A stretch of DNA of 64,000 nucleotides, taken from NCBI GenBank assembly GCA_963779415.1, contig CAVZYA010000001.1, positions 864,001 through 928,000 on the forward strand, read 5' to 3'. A program made the translations under genes and the position numbers. Origin of the DNA: an uncultured Acidobacteriota bacterium. GTDB lineage: Bacteria; Acidobacteriota; Thermoanaerobaculia; UBA5066. Shown piece by piece: positions 48,390 to 56,253 of this stretch. Positions within the stretch are counted from its first letter, which is position 1; the number at the start of each line of letters is the position of its first letter. The notes under the pieces were generated by a model, which did no database searches, was not told the DNA's origin, and saw only the letters and a program-made list of their open reading frames with translations.

Positions 48390-48758
48390 CGGGCCTCCTT
48401 CCGAATGACGAATCAGGGAGGGAGACCGCAGCAGGCGGCCTCCCGGACCACGGACGACGACGACCGTCTCTACGCGGCCGGGAGGAAAGGCGGGGAACGC
48501 CCCGTCAGATCCGGGAGGGAGGGCCGGGCGGGAGGAAGATCGGCGGAAGGTACGACCCCGGGCACCGAGTCCGGTTGGGGGACGATTGTCGGGCCGGTGG
48601 CACCCTCGTGGGCGCTCGCGAGAGCACACGCGAGGCAAGATCCGTCCTCCCCTCCCACCGTCGCCGCATGGACATGAAGCCCAGCAAGCGCCGTCAGGAA
48701 GAGCGCGAGAAGCCCCGCGGTGAGTAAGCGGCGCCCGAATCCCCTCATGGGTGACAGA
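48390..48758 (-). repeat. Copy B of the duplicated leader-ORF plus UTR module
   Basis: Near-identical to 45020..45385. Confidence 0.85.
48470..48748 (-). CDS. Leader peptide, DUF2946/CruR-like (TM-HxH-CxxC-RSPP)
   Basis: LHVH, CLAC, GRSPP. Same 92-aa length as 45097..45375 with the frame preserved. Confidence 0.8.
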   Translation of the reverse strand: MRGFGRRLLTAGLLALFLTALAGLHVHAATVGGEDGSCLACALASAHEGATGPTIVPQPDSVPGVVPSADLPPARPSLPDLTGRSPPFLPAA

Positions 48759-48775
48759 AGTCTAGCAAACGGGTC

Positions 48776-49582
48776 TCAGTCCCCCCTCTGGCGACGCGAG
48801 AGAAGAAAGGCCGCGACGAAGAGAACGGCCCCGAGGAGGATGATGGCCGCCCCCGACGCGACGTTCAGGGCGACGGAGAGGAAGAGGCCCCCGAGGACCA
48901 TGACGAGGGCCGCGCCGATGGAGCCCGAGAGGAGCCCGGGCCACCGGTCGAAGAGGGTCCGTGCGGTGGCCCCCGGAAGGACGAGGAGGGCCGCGACGAG
49001 GAGGATGCCGACGACCTTCAGCGCGACGACGACCGCGAGCGAGATCAGGACGAGGACGAGGAGGCGCATCGCCCCGACGTTCACGCCGGCGGCCCGGGCG
49101 CCGTCCTCGTCCACGGAGGCGAGGAGAAGCGGCCGGAACCAGGCCGCGAAGACCACGAGGACGGCGAGCGCGGTGCCGACGAGGATCGCGAGGTCGGCGG
49201 GGCTGACCGTCAGGATGTTCCCGAACATCAGGCCGAAAAGGTCGACGTTCGTCTTCACGAAGCCGAGGGCCACGACGCCGACAGCCATCGCCGCCACCGT
49301 GGACACGCCGATGGCGGCGTCCTCCGAGACTCCCGAAGCTTCCGACGCGTGGGCCGTCGCCAGCGCCACGACGAGCGCGGCGACGAGCGCTCCGGGGCCG
49401 GGCGGGAGGCCCGCCAGCGTCGCCACGGCCACGCCTCCGAAGGCCGCATGCGCCACCCCCGATCCCGCGAAGGCGAGCCGCCGGAGGACGACGAAGAAGG
49501 AAAGCGCCCCGCAGAGGACCGCCGCCACGACGCCCGCGACGAGCGCCCGCTGGAAGAACGGGTAGGCGAGGAACTCGATCAC
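48776..49582 (-). CDS. znuB: Zn/Mn ABC permease
   Basis: FFQRAL, VAHAAFGG, DAAIG, FGNIL, VVGILLV. Confidence 0.85.
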   Translation of the reverse strand: MIEFLAYPFFQRALVAGVVAAVLCGALSFFVVLRRLAFAGSGVAHAAFGGVAVATLAGLPPGPGALVAALVVALATAHASEASGVSEDAAIGVSTVAAMAVGVVALGFVKTNVDLFGLMFGNILTVSPADLAILVGTALAVLVVFAAWFRPLLLASVDEDGARAAGVNVGAMRLLVLVLISLAVVVALKVVGILLVAALLVLPGATARTLFDRWPGLLSGSIGAALVMVLGGLFLSVALNVASGAAIILLGAVLFVAAFLLSRRQRGD

Positions 49583-50247
49583 CGCGGTGCCTCCACCGGC
49601 TCCTCCGTGACGACCCCGTCCACACGGAAGAGGGCGTCCGCCCCCCCCATCGAATCCGTGTCGTGGGAGACGAAGAGAATGGTCCGCCCAGCCGCCGTCT
49701 CCTCGGCGATGACGCGGCGAAGGGTCATGAGCCCGTTCGAGTCGAGGGCCGTGTCGGGCTCGTCGAGGACGAGCATCGCGGGGCTTCCCGCGAGCGCCCT
49801 CGCGAGCAGAACCCTCTGGCGCTGCCCGCCGGAGAGCTTCCCCACCGGGCGGTCGAGCGTCTCCGCAGGAAGACCAGCCCGGAGGAGGGCGGCGCGGGCT
49901 TCGCCCCGCGCCTCGTCGCGGCGCCCGAACCCCGGGCGCGGGTCGAGCGAGAGGGCCACGAGATCGACGCCGGAGACGGGAGCCAGCGCCGAGAGGGTCG
50001 AGCGCTGCGAGAGATATCCGACGCGGGGACGAGGGACCTCGCGTCCCGATTCGTCCACGAAAACGACCCGGCCCGAATCGGCCGCGATCGCACCGACGAG
50101 AACGCGAACGAGCGTCGTCTTCCCCCCGCCGTTCGGCCCGACGAGGGCGGTCCGGACGCCGGGAGGAACCGAGAAGGAGACGTCCCGGAGGACCGGACGC
50201 CCGCCGAGCGACGCCGTGATTCCCTCGAAACGGATGCCGACTCTCAA
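49579..50247 (-). CDS. znuC: Zn/Mn ABC ATP-binding protein
   Basis: TTG start overlapping the upstream stop. GPNGGGKTT, LSGGQRQR, LDEP, VSHD. Confidence 0.85.
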   Translation of the reverse strand: MRVGIRFEGITASLGGRPVLRDVSFSVPPGVRTALVGPNGGGKTTLVRVLVGAIAADSGRVVFVDESGREVPRPRVGYLSQRSTLSALAPVSGVDLVALSLDPRPGFGRRDEARGEARAALLRAGLPAETLDRPVGKLSGGQRQRVLLARALAGSPAMLVLDEPDTALDSNGLMTLRRVIAEETAAGRTILFVSHDTDSMGGADALFRVDGVVTEEPVEAPR

Positions 50248-51149
50248 CGGACCTCCAGCCCGTCCCGGAATGCCCGCGCGTTGAAGAGGAGAAGCTCCTC
50301 GTATCCGAGGCGCCCCGGCAGGCCGCCGACCGGGTCGACCATCTCGACCCTGAGCCCCGCCTCGTCCGCGACGACGCGGGCCGCCTCGAGCGGAAACTGC
50401 GGCTCCGTGAAGAGCGTCCGGAGCCCCTCTCGCCGTGCCGCCAGGACGAGCGACTGGATCTCCCGCGGCGACGGCTCGCGTCCCGGCACCGGCTCGATGG
50501 AGCCCGCCGGCTTCAGCCCATAGCGATCGGCGAAGTAGGCCCAGGCGTTGTGCGCCGTGACGATGGACGATCCCGCGACGGGGCGGAGTGTCCGCGAGAT
50601 CTCGGCGTCGAGGCGCGAAAGCTCCGCCGAGAAGGCTGCCGCGCGGCCGCGGTAGCCCGCGGCGCCCGCCGGGTCGATTGCCGACAGCTCCCCGGCCAGC
50701 GCGGGGAGGATCTTCGCGACGAGAGGGGGCGAGAGCCACCAGTGAGGATCGTGGCCGAGGACGCCGTCCTCGTCCTCGCCGTGCGCCTCGCCTTCGCCCA
50801 GGGCCACGATCCCGGCCGCTTTCCCGCCGTCGAACAGCTTCGCGTCCGAGGCGCACGCCGCCGCCAGCTTCGCAACCCATCCGTCGTACCCCGCCCCGAC
50901 GGTCACGACGAGCCGCGCCCGCGCCACGAGGCGCACCTCCTTCGGAGTCGGCTCGAAGACGTGCGGGGAGACTCCCGGCGGAACGATCGTCCGGACCTTC
51001 CACCCGGGCCCCGCCACGTGCGCCACGACATCCGCGAGCGGCGAGATCGTCGCCGCGGCGGCCAGTGCCTCCGGCGCGGGCGCCCGCCCGGCGCAGGCGG
51101 CGATCAGGAGGGCGCCGAGGGAGGAGGCGAGCCGGGGCATCCTCCGCAT
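50244..51149 (-). CDS. znuA: Zn/Mn ABC substrate-binding lipoprotein
   Basis: LIAAC lipobox-like, SPHVFEP, acidic/His loop EAHGEDED, DPHWWLSP, HNAWAY. Confidence 0.85.
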   Translation of the reverse strand: MRRMPRLASSLGALLIAACAGRAPAPEALAAAATISPLADVVAHVAGPGWKVRTIVPPGVSPHVFEPTPKEVRLVARARLVVTVGAGYDGWVAKLAAACASDAKLFDGGKAAGIVALGEGEAHGEDEDGVLGHDPHWWLSPPLVAKILPALAGELSAIDPAGAAGYRGRAAAFSAELSRLDAEISRTLRPVAGSSIVTAHNAWAYFADRYGLKPAGSIEPVPGREPSPREIQSLVLAARREGLRTLFTEPQFPLEAARVVADEAGLRVEMVDPVGGLPGRLGYEELLLFNARAFRDGLEVR

Positions 51150-51200
51150 TGTCGGGGGTCGGCCCCGATTTCCTCAAGCGCGATCGTCCCGCGCACGCCG

Positions 51201-51983
51201 TCAGAGGTAGCGGAGCGCTTCTTCCGCTTCGCGCCGTATGACGTAGGCCCGGTCCCAGTCGAACGCCTCGTCGTCGCCCACGATCCGATGGCACGCCTTC
51301 CCGAGCGCCTCCCGCTCCGCCGGCCGGAGGTGCCCCTTTTGCGCCATCTTCCCGACGGCCCGGATCGCCTTGGCGCGGACGCCGGTGTTCCGGTCCGCGA
51401 GGTTCGCTTCGAGACGCGCGAGGAACTCCACCCGGGTTTCCTCGGGCAGCTCCGCCGGAGGGATCGCCTCGGCAAACCGCCCGAGAGCCCGGGTCGCCGT
51501 GTCGCGCAGCTCGAGGTCCGGCGAGGCCGCCGCCTCGAGGGCCAGCCGCGCCGCCGCGATCACTCCCGGAGAGCGGATCTTCCCGAGCGCATAGAGGATG
51601 AACGCCCGGTGCGAGTCGTCCACCGCAACGGCGTACTCCTCGATCAGCGGTCGGATGGCGTCGGCTCCGATCCGGCCGAGGGCGTGCCCCGCGGCCATCT
51701 GCGCCTTCACGTCCCCGGCGTCGAGCTTCTCGACGAGCGCCGGGATGACCCGGTCTCCGAACCCGACGACGAGGTCCACCGCCTCGTCGAGGACCGGCAG
51801 GAGGTCGGGCCGGTCGAGCGGGTCGATGTAGAAGAGCATCGACACGAGCTCGAAAAGGGGAGGGGCCGCGCGGGAGCCGGCGCGAGCGATCTCCTTGCGG
51901 ACCAGGGCGAGCCCCTCGCGGAGCTTTTCGGGATCGTCGGTCGCGAGAAGAGCACGGATGGGGTCGTAGGCATCTCCGCTCAT
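51201..51983 (-). CDS. HEAT-repeat protein
   Basis: Repeated ALGRIG, ALGKI, RALGR, RAVGK helical units. Confidence 0.8.
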   Translation of the reverse strand: MSGDAYDPIRALLATDDPEKLREGLALVRKEIARAGSRAAPPLFELVSMLFYIDPLDRPDLLPVLDEAVDLVVGFGDRVIPALVEKLDAGDVKAQMAAGHALGRIGADAIRPLIEEYAVAVDDSHRAFILYALGKIRSPGVIAAARLALEAAASPDLELRDTATRALGRFAEAIPPAELPEETRVEFLARLEANLADRNTGVRAKAIRAVGKMAQKGHLRPAEREALGKACHRIVGDDEAFDWDRAYVIRREAEEALRYL

Positions 51984-52135
51984 GACGACACCCCCGAAGA
52001 TCATCTTATCGCCGCCGGCGGCAGGCATCGAACGCGCCGGTCTGGCCGGTACGACCGTTGCAAGAGACGGGGTGACGTGACGGCCCGGTGACGGACCGAG
52101 GGGGGTTCGGACGCCGGCCGCCCAAGGAGATCACG

Positions 52136-52633
52136 ATGTCGACCAGAGTTTTGTGGGGTGTCGTCGCGCTTCTGGGGGTCGCCTGCGTCGCCGAAGGGGC
52201 GTACATCGCATCGAATCGCGAGGCGGACCGGCCACCGGACGCCGCGAGCCCGGCCGTCGATCCGATCCGGGACGTCGACCGGTGGGAGCAGCGGCTCCAG
52301 AAGGAGCTGACCTCGGCCGGAAGGATCGAGGAGCGGATCGACCTGAGCGGTATCACGTCGAAGGTGGAGGACAAAGGGAAGAACGTCGCGGTCACCTTCG
52401 GCATTCCGGGCCTCGACACGGACTCCGTGAAGCTCGACGTCAACTCCGACAGGATCCGGCTCCGTTACGGCGCGCTTCAGACCGAGAAGAAGGGAAACAC
52501 CACCGCCGAGTCGGTCGAGAACTACGAGAAGATCATTCCGCTCCCGGACGGAGTCGATCCGGCGGGATTCACGGTCACGAAAGGGAAGGACAAGCTGACT
52601 CTCGTCTTCCGGAAGGCCGAACGCGCCTCCTGA
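52136..52633 (+). CDS. Hsp20/alpha-crystallin-like protein with N-terminal TM or signal segment
   Basis: RBS AAGGAG. IPGLDTDSVKLDV, YEKIIPLPDGVD, LTLVFRK. Hydrophobic N-terminus. Confidence 0.7.
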   Translation: MSTRVLWGVVALLGVACVAEGAYIASNREADRPPDAASPAVDPIRDVDRWEQRLQKELTSAGRIEERIDLSGITSKVEDKGKNVAVTFGIPGLDTDSVKLDVNSDRIRLRYGALQTEKKGNTTAESVENYEKIIPLPDGVDPAGFTVTKGKDKLTLVFRKAERAS

Positions 52634-52835
52634 CGGCGCGTGAGGATGAAGGGGTGAATGTCGAGCGCTTCGGCCACGTCCAGAACCCTCACGCCCAAAA
52701 GCTCGCTGAGCTTCACTGCCTTCAGCTTAAACTCCGCCCCGTAAGGACGGTCTTTCCTGGGACCTTTGATTCTGGCCATCCCCACCTCCTCGAGCGTCAG
52801 GCCGGAGTGTCCACTTCATAGGGTCAACTGCCTCA
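52634..52835 (-). mobile_element. IS3-family remnant (left end plus truncated OrfA HTH)
   Basis: RBS AGGAGG then ATG 52779: MARIKGPRKDRPYGAEFKLKAVKL..VAEALDIHP. IR-like end GTTGACCCTATGAAGTGGACAC on the minus strand near 52808-52832. No OrfB. Confidence 0.7.
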
Positions 52836-52858
52836 AGTTCCGGAGGAGTCCAGATAGG

Positions 52859-53525
52859 TGGTTAGGCTGCCAGCCGTGCTTCGAGGCCGGCGAGGCTACC
52901 GGCGACGACGGAGAGATGTTCGGGGATCTTCAGCGTGGCCTTCAGAGTGGCAGGCACGGTACGGACTGGGATCAGCTTTGACCCTGCAATAAGGAGAGGC
53001 ACTTCGACGAGCTCGCCAGACTCTGCGTGAATGTGGACGAGTGAGAAATCGGAGTTGGGAAAGCGAACCGATTCGTAGAAGCCCTGGCCAACCACGAACA
53101 GGACCCGCTCCGGTTCGACTTGAAAGGCGTAACAGGCGCCCTCATCCTCGATTTCTGCGAACGCCAGACACTGAGATGAGATGACCCGAACGACTTCGGC
53201 AGTATTCCCGCGAAGAGCGCTCTCCAGCCGACCGATAGACTTGCCGAAAGCTCGGCGACGCTCGAAGCTGACCCAGGCAATGAGGATAAGCGTAACTGCG
53301 AACCAGAAGCCGACAACGATGCGAGGATCGGTGGAAGAAGCGAGAAGAGTCAGGATGCACAAGGCGCCCGTCACGGGAGTGCCGGATGCGGCGACGCGAA
53401 AGACCGTGCGCCTGCGGGCCTTCTGAACCGAAGCGAGTCGCCTGGTCAGAAGACGAATCTCAGCCTTCAACAGAGGGCGTGTAGTGCGAGTGAGTGACAT
53501 CTTTCTGATCTTGGCAGCCTAACCA
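52859..53525 (-). mobile_element. Solitary integron-type gene cassette (core GTTAGGC and inverse core GCCTAAC)
   Basis: 14-bp perfect inverted repeat TGGTTAGGCTGCCA (52859-52872) / TGGCAGCCTAACCA (53512-53525) bracketing one gene, matching GTTRRRY/RYYYAAC. Confidence 0.6.
52862..53500 (-). CDS. Hypothetical two-TM membrane protein in an integron-cassette-like unit
   Basis: Lower GC and weaker codon bias than flanks. The stop TAA lies inside GCCTAAC. Confidence 0.75.
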   Translation of the reverse strand: MSLTRTTRPLLKAEIRLLTRRLASVQKARRRTVFRVAASGTPVTGALCILTLLASSTDPRIVVGFWFAVTLILIAWVSFERRRAFGKSIGRLESALRGNTAEVVRVISSQCLAFAEIEDEGACYAFQVEPERVLFVVGQGFYESVRFPNSDFSLVHIHAESGELVEVPLLIAGSKLIPVRTVPATLKATLKIPEHLSVVAGSLAGLEARLAA

Positions 53526-53558
53526 ACGCGGAGAATGGGGTCAGGTCTCATTTTTCTA

Positions 53559-54614
53559 TTATAACCCCGCGGCCGGACGGCTTCCACCCGCCTCATGCCG
53601 ACGCTCGTCCAACGCCCGGCCGAGATGGGCGCGGACGGGCATCTCGAAGGTCCAGGCCGACGTCCTCTGAAGGGAGTGTTCGTGATGGGCCGACTCGTCC
53701 CAGGCGTCGAGGGCGACGCGGCGCTCGCGCACCCACTCGTCGGTCACCTCGCCACGTTCGGCCATCCGGTCGAGCCTTTCGCGCTGGAGCCCCTTGTCGC
53801 CGATCTCGGGGTGACAGTTCACGCCCCAGACGCGAGGCAGGACGCCGTCCGCATGGCGGACGAATTCGCACATCGTGACGGCGTCGGAGATGCCCGTGGG
53901 GCCCGGCGCCTCGTACGCGAGAAACGGCACGCCGGCGCGCCCGGTCGGAAGGAGATCGTAGAGACGACTGTCGAGAACCTTGATCTCCGCGCCGCCACAG
54001 TCGTTCCAGAAGCCGGAGAAGAAGGGGTGGTGTCGCGCTTCGGCCGTCAGGACGTTCCCGACGACCCCCTGGCTCTTCCCCCCCTTCAGCTCGCTTCGGA
54101 GGACGGCTTCGGCGATACCCGCCCAGCGAACGAGGACGCCGAAGGAATGGCAGATCGCGAAGAGAGTCGTCGTCGGCGTCCGCGCCACGTCCTCGAAGAA
54201 ACGGAAGAGCGGCGCCTCCCACGAGGGGTCCTCGGCGATCCCCTGCGAGCCGGCCGACCGGCCGTCGTTTTCGCGCGGGTCGAGAGCGCCCGGGCCCCCG
54301 GTACCGACGACGAGCGCGAACCGGGATGCGGGAAGGGACGGAACCGCCCCGCGGCCGCGGACGTCGTAGCTGATCACGCGGACGGCGGGCGCGCCTTCGC
54401 GTCCCTGCCGCTCCTGATGGGCGACGTTCAGGACCGTCTCGACGATGGAGTGGTGCCCGAGATTGGGGTAGCCGTGATGCATGTCCAGAACGGCCACGTC
54501 GAGCGTCCCCGGTTCCGGCACCGGCTCGTCCCCGGGCGCGTCGACGCGGGCGTACGAGAGCGAAAGTCCCGGAGGGACCCAGATGCTCGCGACGCGTTGA
54601 TAGGGACGTTCCAT
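53559..54614 (-). CDS. Class I glutamine amidotransferase-like protein
   Basis: GTGGPG, AICHSFG nucleophile, NCHPE. Confidence 0.8.
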   Translation of the reverse strand: MERPYQRVASIWVPPGLSLSYARVDAPGDEPVPEPGTLDVAVLDMHHGYPNLGHHSIVETVLNVAHQERQGREGAPAVRVISYDVRGRGAVPSLPASRFALVVGTGGPGALDPRENDGRSAGSQGIAEDPSWEAPLFRFFEDVARTPTTTLFAICHSFGVLVRWAGIAEAVLRSELKGGKSQGVVGNVLTAEARHHPFFSGFWNDCGGAEIKVLDSRLYDLLPTGRAGVPFLAYEAPGPTGISDAVTMCEFVRHADGVLPRVWGVNCHPEIGDKGLQRERLDRMAERGEVTDEWVRERRVALDAWDESAHHEHSLQRTSAWTFEMPVRAHLGRALDERRHEAGGSRPAAGL

Positions 54615-54646
54615 GGAAGAGGGGGATTCTGCCAGAGCGGACGCCG

Positions 54647-55648
54647 TCAGACGTTCTCCTGCTTCAGGCGGCGCGTCATCAGGGCGCGGAGTGCGTCCTT
54701 CGGAGAGACCTGTCCCGAGAGGATCTCGCCGACGATCTCGGCGATCGGCATCTCGACGTTCACCGAGCGGGCCAGCTCCACGAGGACGGCCGTGGTGGCG
54801 ACCCCCTCGGCCACCTCGCCGCCGAGAGCCGAGACGGCTTCCGAGACGGACTTGCCGGCCGCGAGGGCGAGGCCGACACGCCGATTCCGCGACAGGTCCC
54901 CCGTCGCCGTCAGAACGAGGTCCCCCATCCCCGCGAGGCCGGCGAACGTGTCCGGATTCCCGCCGAGCGTCGTCCCGAGGCGCCGGATCTCGGCCAGCGC
55001 GCGGGTCAGGAGGGCCGCGCGCGTGTTGTGCCCGAGGGCGAGGCCGTCCAAGATCCCGGCGGCGATGGCGACGACGTTCTTCGCGGCGCCGGCGATCTCC
55101 ACGCCGACGACGTCGTCCGAGCGGTAGAGACGGAATGTCGGCGAGGAGAGAAGCCTTTGCACCGAGAGGCAGACGGCCGGATCGGCGCTCGCGACGACGG
55201 CCGCGGCCGGAAGGCCCCGCGCGACCTCGACGGCGAACGTCGGTCCCGAAAGGACGGCGAGGCCGGTAGCACGGGAGAGGACATCGCCGAGGATCTGCGT
55301 CGTCCGCCGCCTCGACCCGATCTCCAGTCCCTTAGACATCGCGACGAGCGGGACCAAAGCCGGGAGGAACTCGCGGAGGCGCCCGGCTTCGTCGGCAGTC
55401 CCCTGCACCGAGACGGCCCAGAGAACGGCGGAGGCGTTCTCGAAGGCTTCGCTCGCGTCCGCGGTGATCGAGACGCTCTCCGGGATCGGCGGAGCGCCCG
55501 CGAGCGCCGGATGGCGGCGCGTCGCGGCAAGCGGCCCGACGGCGTCGTGCCCGCTTCCGAGGAGCGCCACCTCGAGCCCCGCGCTCGCGGCGTGCATCGA
55601 GAAGGACGTCCCCCACGCCCCGGCGCCGACGATAGCGATCTTCGTCAT
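54647..55648 (-). CDS. gpsA: NAD(P)H-dependent glycerol-3-phosphate dehydrogenase
   Basis: GAGAWGT, SKGLE, LSGPTFA, AKNVVAI, GMGDL, SRN. Confidence 0.95.
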   Translation of the reverse strand: MTKIAIVGAGAWGTSFSMHAASAGLEVALLGSGHDAVGPLAATRRHPALAGAPPIPESVSITADASEAFENASAVLWAVSVQGTADEAGRLREFLPALVPLVAMSKGLEIGSRRRTTQILGDVLSRATGLAVLSGPTFAVEVARGLPAAAVVASADPAVCLSVQRLLSSPTFRLYRSDDVVGVEIAGAAKNVVAIAAGILDGLALGHNTRAALLTRALAEIRRLGTTLGGNPDTFAGLAGMGDLVLTATGDLSRNRRVGLALAAGKSVSEAVSALGGEVAEGVATTAVLVELARSVNVEMPIAEIVGEILSGQVSPKDALRALMTRRLKQENV

Positions 55649-56253
55649 TCGTCCTTCACACCCAGCCTCCGCTCCGTCCCCGAAAGGAGCCGGAGGATGT
55701 TCGCCCGGTGCGAGACGACGAGGAGGAGGGCCGCGGTCACCGCGGCCACGATCTCCCCCTCCGGCGCATGGAAGAGGAGACCCATGGTGAGCGGGAGGAG
55801 ACACGCCGCCGTGACGGATCCGAGCGAGACGTACCGCGTGAGGCCGACGACGAGGGCGAAGACCCCCACGATGACGAGAACCGACCATGGCGAGAGAACG
55901 GCGAAGGAGCCGACGGCCGTCGCGACTCCTTTCCCTCCGCGAAAGCCGAAGAAGAGCGGGAAGACGTGGCCGAGGATCGCCGCCACCGCCGCCGCGCCGA
56001 GCCATCGGGGGTCGTACGTGATCGTCTTCATCAGGAGAACGGCGACGACCCCCTTGAGGATGTCGAGGAGGGCCACGACGAGCGCGAGCCCTATCCCCGA
56101 GGTCCGGAGGACGTTCGTCCCGCCCGCGTTTCCGGAGCCGACCGTCCGGATGTCGATCCCCCGGGTCACCCGGACGAGAATCGTGGCGAACGAGAGCGAC
56201 CCGACCAGATACGCCACGACGAGCGCCGTCTCCTCGCGCCAGAGCCCGCTCAC
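55645..56253 (-). CDS. plsY: Glycerol-3-phosphate acyltransferase
   Basis: YLVGS, GSGNAGGTN, DILKG, GH.FP, FRGGKGVAT, HRANI.RL. Confidence 0.95.
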   Translation of the reverse strand: MSGLWREETALVVAYLVGSLSFATILVRVTRGIDIRTVGSGNAGGTNVLRTSGIGLALVVALLDILKGVVAVLLMKTITYDPRWLGAAAVAAILGHVFPLFFGFRGGKGVATAVGSFAVLSPWSVLVIVGVFALVVGLTRYVSLGSVTAACLLPLTMGLLFHAPEGEIVAAVTAALLLVVSHRANILRLLSGTERRLGVKDE

